Shown: positions 24,197 through 33,335 of the stretch, one piece after another
How positions within the stretch are numbered: the first letter of the stretch is position 1
Layout of the letters: the number at the start of each line of letters is the position of its first letter
Source of the DNA: Somniosus microcephalus
Taxonomy: Eukaryota
Length of the DNA stretch: 64,000 nucleotides
NCBI GenBank assembly: GCA_052327205.1
Contig: CM126221.1
Coordinates: forward strand, 75,454,001-75,518,000
Direction: 5' to 3'
Translations under genes and position numbers: made by a program
Notes under the pieces: generated by a model
Databases searched by the model: none
The model's input: the letters and a program-made list of their open reading frames with translations, nothing else
What the model was told of the DNA's origin: nothing

Positions 24197-26821
24197 CTAA
24201 AGGTTCGTGTAAGTAAGTCTATCAGGTGGCCTTGTATGCCGTCCTGATCGTCGTGGTGGTGGCGGTGATGGTGCAGCATCCAACGTTGAGTCTGGCGTCT
24301 CATTGAGTGGTTGGGTGGTCAATGACGGGTCCTGGGGCTGCGGCATGCCGTCTAGCGGGGTTGGGTTGTGGGTAGTGGTGGATGGCAATGGTAGTGTTTC
24401 AGGGGCACCCAAAGGTGCGAGATCTCGTGTGGGGGGTGTGTCCTCCCGCCCGTCCGGGTACGCTACGTAAGCGTACTGGGGGTAGGCGTGGGTAGTGGTG
24501 GATGGCGAGGGGGGTGTTTCGGGAGCACCCGAAGGTGCGAGGTCTCGTATGGAGACTGTGTCCTCCCGCCCGTCCGGGTACACCACGTAAGCATACTGAG
24601 GGTTGGCATGGAGGAGGCTCACCCTCTCGACCAGGGGGTCCGTCTTATGGGACCTCAAGTGCTTCCGCAGTAGGACGGGTCCTGGAGAAGTCAGCCATGT
24701 CGGTAACGAGATCCCCGATGTGGACTTCCTGGGGAAGGAGAACATTCTCTCGTGAGGGGTAGCATTGGTGGCTGTACAGAGCAGTGACCGAATGGAATGG
24801 AGCGTCGCAGGGAGGACTTCCTGCCAGCGAGAGGTCGGAAGGCCCTTAGATTTCAAGTTTAAAAGGACTGCCTTCCAGACCGTCGCATTCTCCCTTTCCA
24901 CCTGGCCATTCCCCCGGGGGTTGTAGCTGGTGGTCCTGCTTGTAGCGATACCTCTCGAGAGCAGGTACTGCCGGAGTTCGTCGCTCATAAAGGATGAGCC
25001 CCTGTCACTATGAATATAGCTAGGGAAACCGAACAAGACGAAGAGGTCATTCAGACATTTAATGACCGTGGTACTGGTCATGTCTGAGCAAGGGATGGCA
25101 AACGGGAAACGGGAGTACTCATCAATTATGTTGAGGAAGTACACATTGCGGTCGGAGGAGGGGAGGGGCCCTTTAAAATCGACGCTCAGCCGTTCAAAGG
25201 GGCGCGTGGCTTTGATCAGGCTTGCTCTGTCTGGCCTATAAAAATGCGGTTTGCACTCGGCACAGATTTGGCAGTTCCTGGTCATGGTCCTGACCTCCTC
25301 GATGGAGTAGGGCAGGTTACGGGATTTGATGAAGTGAAAAAACCTGGTGACCCCCGGGTGGCAGAGGTCATTGTGGAGGGTCTTCAGTCTATCGACCTGC
25401 GCGTTGGCGCATGTACCACGTGATAGGGCATCTGGGGGCTCATTGAGTTTCCCGGGCCGGTACAAGATATCGTAATTGTAGGTGGAGAGTTCGATTCTCC
25501 ACCTCAAGATCTTGTCGTTCTTAATTTTGCCCCTCTGCTTATTATTAAACATAAAAGCTACTGAACGCTGGTCAGTGAGCAGGGTAAATCGTTTTCCGGC
25601 CAGGTAATGCCTCCAATGTCGCACAGCTTCCACAATGGCCTGGGCCTCCTTTTCGACAGAGGAGTGTCGAATCTCGGGGCCCTGGAGGGTCCTTGAGAAG
25701 AAAGCCACGGGTCTCCCCGCCTGGTTAAGGGTTGCAGCTAGGGCAAAGTCGGATGCATCGCTCTCCACTTGGAAAGGGATGGACTCATCCACTGCGTGCA
25801 TTGTGGCCTTCGCAATATCTCCTTTTATGAGAGTGAAGGCTGCACAGGCCTCTGCTGTCAGGGGGAAGGAGGTGGACTTGATGAGGGGTCTGGCTTTGTC
25901 CGCATAGTTGGGCACCCACTGAGCGTGGTACGAGAAAAACCCTAGGCATCTCTTCAGTGCTTTTTGGCAGTGGGGGAGGGGGAGCTCCATAAGGGGGCGC
26001 ATCCTGTCGGGGTCGGGGCCGATGACTCCGTTCTCCACTACACAGCCAAGAATGGCGAGGCGCTTGGTGCGAAACATACATTTGTCCTTGTTGTATGTTA
26101 GGTTCAGCCGCTGGGCCGTACGGAGGAATTTCTCTAGATTAACATCATGGTCCTGCTGGTCGCGGCCGCAGATGGTGACGTTGTCTAGATAGGGGAAAGT
26201 GGCCTGGAGCGCGTTCTGGTCGACCATCCGGTCCATCTCCCGTTGGAAGACTGAAACCCCGTTGGTGACGCCGAAGGGAACTCTGAGGAAGTGGTAGAGA
26301 CGACCGTCAGCTTCAAAAGCTGTGTACTGGCGGTCCTCAGCCCTGATGGGGAGCTGGTGGTATGCCGACTTCAGATCAATCGTCGAGAACACCCGGTATT
26401 GTGCTATCTGATTGACCATGTCAGATATGCGGGGGAGTGGGTATGCATCTAGCTGGGTGTAGCGATTGATCGTCTGGCTGTAGTCAATAACTAGGCGCTG
26501 TTTTTCGCCAGTCTTCACTACCACCACTTGTGCTCGCCATGGGCTGGTGCTACTTTCAATAATCCCTTCCTTCAGGAGTCTTGCTACCTCGGATTTAATG
26601 AAGCTCCTATCCCCGGCACTGTAACGCCTGCTTTTGGTAGCGATGGGCTTACAGTCGCGGGTGAGGTTAGCGAACAAGGAGGGGGGGGGGACTTTAAGGG
26701 TGGAGAGGCTGCAAATGGTGCGCGGCGGGCGGTTTAAAAGCTGCTGGCTGCAGACTGTGAGTGGGGGGAGGGGTCCGTCGTACGCTAATGTGACACTCTT
26801 ATGGTTGCACTGAAAATCCAA
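24197..26821 (-). CDS. Pol of inner Gypsy: protease end, RT (YLDN), RNase H, integrase
   Basis: RT (IDLKSAYHQ, PFGVTNG, FPYLDN), RNase H (ESDASDFA, EKEAQA, LTDQRS), integrase HHCC and DDE (SVDFKGP, HSDRGSSF, NGQVERE). Confidence 0.93.
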   Translation of the reverse strand: MDFQCNHKSVTLAYDGPLPPLTVCSQQLLNRPPRTICSLSTLKVPPPSLFANLTRDCKPIATKSRRYSAGDRSFIKSEVARLLKEGIIESSTSPWRAQVVVVKTGEKQRLVIDYSQTINRYTQLDAYPLPRISDMVNQIAQYRVFSTIDLKSAYHQLPIRAEDRQYTAFEADGRLYHFLRVPFGVTNGVSVFQREMDRMVDQNALQATFPYLDNVTICGRDQQDHDVNLEKFLRTAQRLNLTYNKDKCMFRTKRLAILGCVVENGVIGPDPDRMRPLMELPLPHCQKALKRCLGFFSYHAQWVPNYADKARPLIKSTSFPLTAEACAAFTLIKGDIAKATMHAVDESIPFQVESDASDFALAATLNQAGRPVAFFSRTLQGPEIRHSSVEKEAQAIVEAVRHWRHYLAGKRFTLLTDQRSVAFMFNNKQRGKIKNDKILRWRIELSTYNYDILYRPGKLNEPPDALSRGTCANAQVDRLKTLHNDLCHPGVTRFFHFIKSRNLPYSIEEVRTMTRNCQICAECKPHFYRPDRASLIKATRPFERLSVDFKGPLPSSDRNVYFLNIIDEYSRFPFAIPCSDMTSTTVIKCLNDLFVLFGFPSYIHSDRGSSFMSDELRQYLLSRGIATSRTTSYNPRGNGQVERENATVWKAVLLNLKSKGLPTSRWQEVLPATLHSIRSLLCTATNATPHERMFSFPRKSTSGISLPTWLTSPGPVLLRKHLRSHKTDPLVERVSLLHANPQYAYVVYPDGREDTVSIRDLAPSGAPETPPSPSTTTHAYPQYAYVAYPDGREDTPPTRDLAPLGAPETLPLPSTTTHNPTPLDGMPQPQDPSLTTQPLNETPDSTLDAAPSPPPPRRSGRHTRPPDRLTYTNL

Positions 26822-26864
26822 CCCCAGTAGAACGGCAGCGCAAAGATGGGGCAGGACCAGGAGT

Positions 26865-28013
26865 TTAATCCTGGTGGATAAAGCTTTCCGTGCTCCCGCT
26901 GTCGAAAAGGCAGGTAGTGGCGTGGCCGTTTACCTTAATGTCCATCATGGACCTGGACAGTTGATGAGGGAGAGATTGGTCCAGCGTCACGGAGGCCAGC
27001 GTATGGTCGAGCGAGTCGATGTGGTCGTCAGATGAGGCGGTGGTTGAGTCCGGGTCCCCCGTGGTTGAAGTTGGAGACGTCCGAGATGGCGGACAAAATG
27101 GCGGCGCCCATGGTCCCGATCCCCACGCGGCTGGGGGAGCCCAAGATGGCGGACCAGATGGCTGCCCCCACGGTTCGCACGCGGCGCTGCTGGCGTTAGC
27201 GGTTTTACCTTTGCAGGCGCTGACATAGTGTCCTTTCTTCCCGCAGCCGGAGCAGGTAGCGTTTCTCGCCGGGCAGCGTGCTCTGGGGTGTTTTGCCTGG
27301 CCACAAAAATAACATTTCTGTGCCTTGGACATCGCAGCAGCAGTTGAAGGTGGCGGTCCCATGACCCAAGGTTGTGGCGTCCACGTTGCGGAGCGGTTAG
27401 GGGAGAAGGCGTCCATATTCCTGTGGGCCGCGTCGAGCGAGAGCGTGAGGGACACTGCCTTTCTCAGGTCCATTTCTCCCTTTTCCAACAGTCTCTGCCG
27501 GGAGTAGTCGGACCTTAGACCCGCAACGAAAGCATCTCGGATCAGTCCCTCCGTGTGTGCTGCGGCTGATGCTTCTTTGCAATCGCAGTCTCGGCCGAGT
27601 ATCCGTAGTGCCCGTAGGAAGGCCTCCACCGATTCCCCGGGCTGCTGTCTGCGGGATCTTAAGAGGTGCCGGGCATAGACCGTATTTACCGGGTGTGCGT
27701 ATTGCCCTTTTAGCAGACCGATAGCCGCCGCGTAGGTCGTCGCGTCCTGGATTATTGTATAAACTTGGTGGCTCACCTTTGAGGCCAGGATTTCCAACTT
27801 GTTTTCGTCCAGGGTCACAGTTGAGGCTTGCAGGTAGGCCTCGAAGCAACGCAGCCAATGCACGAATTTGGTACCCGAACCCGCTTCTTGGGGGTCTAGG
27901 TCCAGGCATGTTGGTCTGAGGGCTCGCAGCAGCTCCTGTTGCTCAGCGTTTGGTGCAGCAGCCTGCTGTTCCGCGTTTGGTGCAGCAGCCTGCTGTTCAG
28001 CAAATGTCGACAT
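26865..28013 (-). CDS. Gag and N-terminal protease of inner Gypsy (cut by a deletion/frameshift)
   Basis: Two CCHC knuckles (CYFCGQAKHPRARC, CSGCGKKGHYVSAC); LFDSGSTESFI then stop; protease C-terminus (LLVLPHLCAAVLLGLDF) resumes in another frame. Confidence 0.9.
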   Translation of the reverse strand: MSTFAEQQAAAPNAEQQAAAPNAEQQELLRALRPTCLDLDPQEAGSGTKFVHWLRCFEAYLQASTVTLDENKLEILASKVSHQVYTIIQDATTYAAAIGLLKGQYAHPVNTVYARHLLRSRRQQPGESVEAFLRALRILGRDCDCKEASAAAHTEGLIRDAFVAGLRSDYSRQRLLEKGEMDLRKAVSLTLSLDAAHRNMDAFSPNRSATWTPQPWVMGPPPSTAAAMSKAQKCYFCGQAKHPRARCPARNATCSGCGKKGHYVSACKGKTANASSAACEPWGQPSGPPSWAPPAAWGSGPWAPPFCPPSRTSPTSTTGDPDSTTASSDDHIDSLDHTLASVTLDQSLPHQLSRSMMDIKVNGHATTCLFDSGSTESFIHQD

Positions 28014-28333
28014 TTTGTTTTTGCTAATAAAATTGATGCGCTATCAATTACTCATAAAAGACTGAGTTAAGAGAGTAACTAAAGGCTTTTATTAGCAAAG
28101 AACAGAGCATGCCTCTCGTGGTTGACTGGGTTCCAAGAAGGCAGGGGGCTGCAGGTCAATCACCTTTATACCTGGGCCTGTGTGGGTGGAGCCAGCCGAG
28201 ACATGTTGAGGCATGCATAGGTACAACAGTGTGTAACAACAACAACAACAGTGGTTTACCACACTTCCTTACTCGCATTGTGAATTCTCAGACTATCCAG
28301 TTCTTGGCTGTTGGAGTCTGAATCCGAATTCTG

Positions 28334-29095
28334 TTAATCTGAACTCTTCTCAGTCACCTTGTGTACCTTGCTGTGCTTTTCCTGCGGTGACTTTTTTTTG
28401 TTGCTGGTCTTCTTTCCTGACCGGCATACTTTAGCTATGTGACCAATCTTGCCACATTTTCTACATTCCTGGTTTTTAAACCAGCATTGGTTCTGGTCGT
28501 GTGTTGTCTTCCCACAACGATAACATTTCGTTGTACCCGAAGTCATTTGATCCACGCTGAGTACCGCTGCCTTCAGCTGCATTTCCGCCGTGCCTCTCGC
28601 TGCGGCTTCGTGCGATGCTGCAATAAGGACAGCCTTATCAAGTGTAAGATCGTTCTCTTCAAGCAGTCGCTTTCGTGTTCCTTCCTTCGACAACCCGCAC
28701 ACGAACTTGTCTCTCAATGCCTCTGTCAGATTTTCCCCAAACTGACAGTATTTCGCTAGTCTACGTAGTTCAACCAAATATTCCGCGTTGCTTTCCTCTT
28801 TCCATTGCGTTCTCGCATAAAATTTGAATCGTTCCGCCAACATCAGTGGTGTGGGGTTCAAATGATCCTTCAGGACAGCAACAATATTAGCGAACGTCTG
28901 ATCCGCCAGTTTAGCCGGTGATAGAAGATGCTTCAATAGCCCGCATGTCTTCGCCCCCATTGAGTTTAGTAAGGTTGTAGCTTTATCATCATCTTCTATT
29001 TTATTGGCCTCACAATATATCTCGATGCGTTCTACATACGTGGCCCAATCTTCTACCTCGGAATCAAAATCGTTGATGTTACCACGCTTAGGCAT
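28334..29095 (-). CDS. Gag of outer element (Mag-like, two CCHC knuckles)
   Basis: ATG at 29095 (MPKRGN); EDWATYVERI, ERFKFY, LRDKFVCGL, CYRCGKTTHDQNQC, CRKCGKIGHIAKVC. Confidence 0.92.
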   Translation of the reverse strand: MPKRGNINDFDSEVEDWATYVERIEIYCEANKIEDDDKATTLLNSMGAKTCGLLKHLLSPAKLADQTFANIVAVLKDHLNPTPLMLAERFKFYARTQWKEESNAEYLVELRRLAKYCQFGENLTEALRDKFVCGLSKEGTRKRLLEENDLTLDKAVLIAASHEAAARGTAEMQLKAAVLSVDQMTSGTTKCYRCGKTTHDQNQCWFKNQECRKCGKIGHIAKVCRSGKKTSNKKKSPQEKHSKVHKVTEKSSD

Positions 29096-30160
29096 CTTCA
29101 CAATCTTTCTAAGAAACAACAACGAAGTTTTCCTTTAACTTTTTTTTTCTAAAATGGCGGTTTCCCACGCTGATCTTCTTCCCCGCCCACTTTCAAGATG
29201 GCGGTTTCGCGCTTGTCTTCTTCCCCGCCTAACTGGCGGCTTCCCGCGTTTCTTCCTCTGGTGGGAGGGGTAAGCTTTGCCCTCGGACGACGACCGCTGG
29301 TTTACGGGGTTTGCAGCCTGCGCGCCAGCTTCAGTTTATTCTGAAGCGCGCGCGAGAACAGCCGATCGCGTTCCCTTTTTCGGCAGGGGCAACCGGCGCT
29401 GGGGACAACCAGTTGGCGTCAGACAGCTCCAGCTCCCGGTCCTTCACGGCAGCCGCTGTAAGCCGCTGGCCGGAACCTCGCTCGGCCCCGCTCCCCCCTC
29501 GCTCGGGCTCTGTCTCTCCCGCTCGCCGGCACGGTCTCGCTCGCTCTCTCTCTCGGGCTCCGTCTCTCCCGCTCGCTCGGCTCTCCCAGACCTCCCGCAG
29601 TCCGGTCCTTTCCTCCCCTGGCTGCGGCCGAGTCCCTCGCGGTTTATTGGTTTATTTATTTATTTATTGCCTCCGCGCCTTATGATCCCGGTCACAGCGC
29701 CTCGCGGCCTCGGTAGGTGCCCGGCCTTTTACCCGCTGCGTTCCCGCTTGTAGTCCGGTCTCTCACACCGGCTGCGTTCCCTGCACTGCGGCTGCCGTGC
29801 CCTACGCTGCCCCAGTCTCAGCGCCTCTGGCCCCAGCGCCTCTGGCCCCGACTTCTGTCCAGCTCCTTTCCCCTGGCCGTGGTCGAGTTCACCGCCCTTA
29901 TCCTCCGTTTCTTTTTTATTTTTCCCCCTACTCACAGTCAACGTGGCCGACTTGCTTCTCGTGGCTGATCGGCTCACTCACTACCGTGACAGAAGGGACG
30001 ATCACTGCCTGTTGCTGATGGAAGGCCTCGTGTCAGAATTCTTCCTTCTTCCTTGCTCTGCAGACTCAAGTCTTCTCTCAGCAGAACGGCGAGGGCGGAT
30101 GCCTCTTCTCGACGCTTGTTAACTGCTTCGGATGTATCGCTGCCGCAGGGTAAGATCGAA

Positions 30161-30170
30161 CTCGTCGCCA
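30161..30170 (-). promoter_or_regulatory. Primer binding site (TGGCGACGAG), complementary to tRNA-Ser(GCU) 3' end
   Basis: One nt inside the 5' LTR boundary; matches the recalled vertebrate tRNA-Ser(GCU) end CUCGUCGCCA. Confidence 0.8.
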
Positions 30171-30171
30171 C

Positions 30172-30428
30172 TGTAAAGTCTGTGTGTTGTATAGCGAATT
30201 AATACACAGACTACAAGAGTAAACTTTAACAGGACTTTACTATTCGAAGGTCAGGGCGAATCTGCCCAATCACTCATTACACAGCACTTATATGCCGGTG
30301 TGGTCACCACCGGTATTACAGTATACAGCAGCCAAAATAAAGTAGTGCAACACCTAAAATAGTTCTCTTAAAGGTGGACGGTTACATACAATAGTTCTCT
30401 TAAAGGTAGAACGGTTACATACACAACT
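30172..30428 (-). repeat. 5' LTR of outer element
   Basis: Differs from the 3' LTR only at 30294 and at the terminal base 30428. Confidence 0.95.
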
Positions 30429-31176
30429 GTTAGGGTTCCTGCCTCTACCACCCTTTCAGGCAGTGAGTTCCAGACCCCCACCACCCTCTGGGTGAAGACA
30501 TTTCCCCTCAAATCCCCTCTAAACCTTCCCTCAATTACTTTAAATCTATGCCCCCTGGTTTTTGACCCCTCTGCTAAGGGAAATGGGTCCTTTCTATCCA
30601 CTCTATCTAGGCCCCTCATAATTTTATACCCCTCAATAAGGTCTCCCCTCAGCCTCCTCTGTTCCAAGGAAAACAGACCCAGCCTATCCAGTCTTTCCTC
30701 ATAGCTAAGATTCTCTACTCCCAGCAACATCCTTGTAAATCTCCTCTGTACCCTCTCTAGTGCAATCACATCTTTCCTGTAATGTGGTGACCAGAACTGC
30801 ACGCAGTACTCTAGCTGAGGCCTAACTAGTGTTTTATACAGTTGAAGCATAACCCCCCTGCTCTTGTATTCTATGCCACGGCTAATAAAGGCAAGCATTC
30901 CGTATGCCTTCTTAACCACCTTATCTACTTGGCCTGCTACCTTCAGGGATCTGTGGACATGCACTCCAAGGTCCCTTTGTTCCTCTACACTACTCAGTGT
31001 CCTACCATTTAATGTGTATTCCCTTTCCTTGTTAGCCCTCCCCAAATGCATTACCTCACACTTCTCCGGATTGAATTCCATTTTGCCACTGTTCTGCCCA
31101 CCTGACCAATTTATTGATATCTTCCTGCAGTCTACAGCTTCCTTCTTCAGTATCAACCACACAGCCGATTTTAGTG

Positions 31177-32296
31177 GGGGTAATATACTGGCATGGGTGG
31201 AAGATTGGCTATCTAACAGAAAACAAAGAGTTGGGATAAATGGTTCGTTCTCGGGCTGGCAATCAGTAACTAGTGGTGTTCCGCAGGGGTCAGTGCTGGG
31301 ACCCCAACTCTTTACAATCTATATTAACGATTTGGAGGAAGGGACCGAGTGCAACATATCCAAGTTTGCCGACGATACAAAGATGGGAGGGAAAGCAGTG
31401 AGTGAGGAGGACATAAAAAACCTGCAAAAGGACATAGACAGGCTAAGTGAGTGGGCAGAGATTTGGCAGATGCAATATAATGTTGGAAAGTGTGAGGTTA
31501 TGCACTTTGGCAGAAAAAATCAAAGAGCAAGTTATTATCTAAATGGAGAGAAACTGCAAAGTGCTACAGTACAAAGGGATCTGGGGGTCCTGGTGCATGA
31601 AACACAAAAAGTTAGTATGCAGGTGCAGCAGGTGATCAGGAAGGCCAATGGAATCTTGGCTTTTATTGCAAGGGGGATGGAGTATAAAAACAGGGAAGTC
31701 TTGCTGCAGTTATACAGGGTATTGGTGAGGCCACACCTGGAATACTGCGTGCAGTTTTGGTTTCCATATTTAAGAAAAGATATACTTGCTCTCGAGGCGG
31801 TTCAGAGAAGGTTCACTCGGTTGATTCCAGAGATGAGGGGGTTGACGTATGAGGAAAGGTTGAGTAGGTTGGGACTCTACTCATTGGAGTTCAGAAGAAT
31901 GAGAGGCGATCTTATCGAAACATATAAGATTGTGAGGGGGCTTGATCGGGTGGATGCGGTGAGGATGTTTCCACTGATGGGTGAGACTAGAACTAGGGGG
32001 CATAATCTTAGAATAAGGGGCTGCCCTTTCAAAACTGAGATGAGGAGAAACTTCTTCACTCAGAGGGTAGTAAATCTATGGAATTTGCTACCCCAGAGAG
32101 CTGTGGAAGCTGCAACATTAAATAAACTTAAAATGGAGATAGACAGTTTCCTAGCAGATAAGGGAATTAGGGGTTACGGGGAGAGGGCAGGGAAGTGGGC
32201 GTGAGTCTAGATTCGGATCAGCCATGATCCTATTGAATGGCGGAGCAGGCCCAAGGGGCCGTATGGCCTACTCCTGCTCCTATTTCTTATGTTCTT
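31177..32296 (+). mobile_element. CR1 LINE RT 3' part, inserted into the minus-strand CR1
   Basis: Open frame ILAWVEDWL..GVPQGSVLGP..FADD..to 32204, then CR1 3' UTR. Confidence 0.92.
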
Positions 32297-32899
32297 AATC
32301 ATACCCCCTATAATCAAGTCAAGATCATTGATATATACCACAAAAAGCAAGGGACCTAGTACTGAGCCCTGCGGAACCCCACTGGAAACAGCCTTCCAGT
32401 CACAAAAACACCCATCAACCATTACCCTCTGCTTCCTGTCTCTGAGCCAGTTTTGAATCCAACTTGACACTTTGCCCTGGATCCCATGGGCTTTTAACTT
32501 TGTGACCAGTCTGCCATGTGGAACCTTATGGGTCAGCAGAGCGACTCGCTGCCGATTGAAATCCCATCATCGAATTGTAGCTTGCGTGTTTATTCTACCG
32601 GGTTGTATTTTATTGACGAATATTTCTCGACACAAACGCAAACTGTGAACCAGTGAACATTTTTAAAAGGGATTTCTAAAATTGAAACAATAAAAATCCT
32701 TCTAAATCCTGATGCCTGGTGTGGAGTATAAACACTGGCGTTAACCTGTTGGGCCGAATGGCCTGTTTCTGTGCTGTAAACACTGTGTAAGAAGAACCAG
32801 GTCCACAACTAGACCCAGCATCACTTCAGTGGTTTGTGTTTGGATCTGGACCGAAATAAAGTAACTGGTTTGAATTTTAAGTTCCGAGTTTTTTCCCTC

Positions 32900-33335
32900 A
32901 CCTCTCGAGTTAGAAGGTTGTGGGTTCAAGTCCCACTCCAGAGACTTGAACACAAAAATCTAGGCTGACACTCCAGTGCAGTGCTGAGGGAGTGCTGCAC
33001 TGTTGGAGGTGCCATCTTTCGAATGAGACGTTAAACCGAGGCCCCGTCTGCTCTCTCAGGTGGATGTAAAAGATCCCATGGCACTATTTCGAAGAAGAGC
33101 AGGGGAGTTATTCCCGGTGTCCTGGGGCCAATATTTATCCCTCAACCAACATCACTAAAACAGATTATCTGGTCATTTTCACATTGCTGTTTGTGGGAGC
33201 TTGCTGTGCACAAATTATCTGCCGCATTTCCTACATTACAACAGTGACTACACTTCAAAAAGTACTTCATTGGCTGTAAAGCGCTTTGGGACGTCCTGAG
33301 GTTGCGAAAGGCGCTATAGAAATGCAAGTCTTTCT
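32900..33335 (+). mobile_element. DeuSINE (SacSINE1-like)
   Basis: Matches other copies. Confidence 0.85.

Larger units (their letters stand above)
23932..28263 (-). mobile_element. Gypsy LTR retrotransposon nested in the outer element
   Basis: LTRs 23932-24154 and 28034-28263 (identical except a 10-bp indel and one aac unit); TSD cttcc at 23927-23931 and 28264-28268; PPT aaacaaggggtgaa. Confidence 0.96.
21422..30428 (-). mobile_element. Non-autonomous Gypsy (Mag-like) LTR retrotransposon carrying captured host gene fragments
   Basis: LTRs 21422-21678 and 30172-30428 (2 differences in 257 bp); TSD gttag at 21417-21421 and 30429-30433; PBS at 30161-30170; PPT at 21679-21691; gag and protease present, no RT/RH/IN. 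Confidence 0.95.
21256..32530 (-). mobile_element. CR1 LINE split into three pieces (21256-21421, 30434-31175, 32297-32530) by an LTR element and another CR1
   Basis: CR1 reading resumes across the GTTAG TSD (..actgtggttag|ggttcctgcctctacc..); ORFs 30368-31162 and 32207-32470 are CR1 RT. Confidence 0.85.

Noticed and set aside
30864-32204. 446-aa ORF as one gene
   Set aside because: Chance fusion of antisense CR1 sequence with a separate sense CR1 insertion at about 31177.
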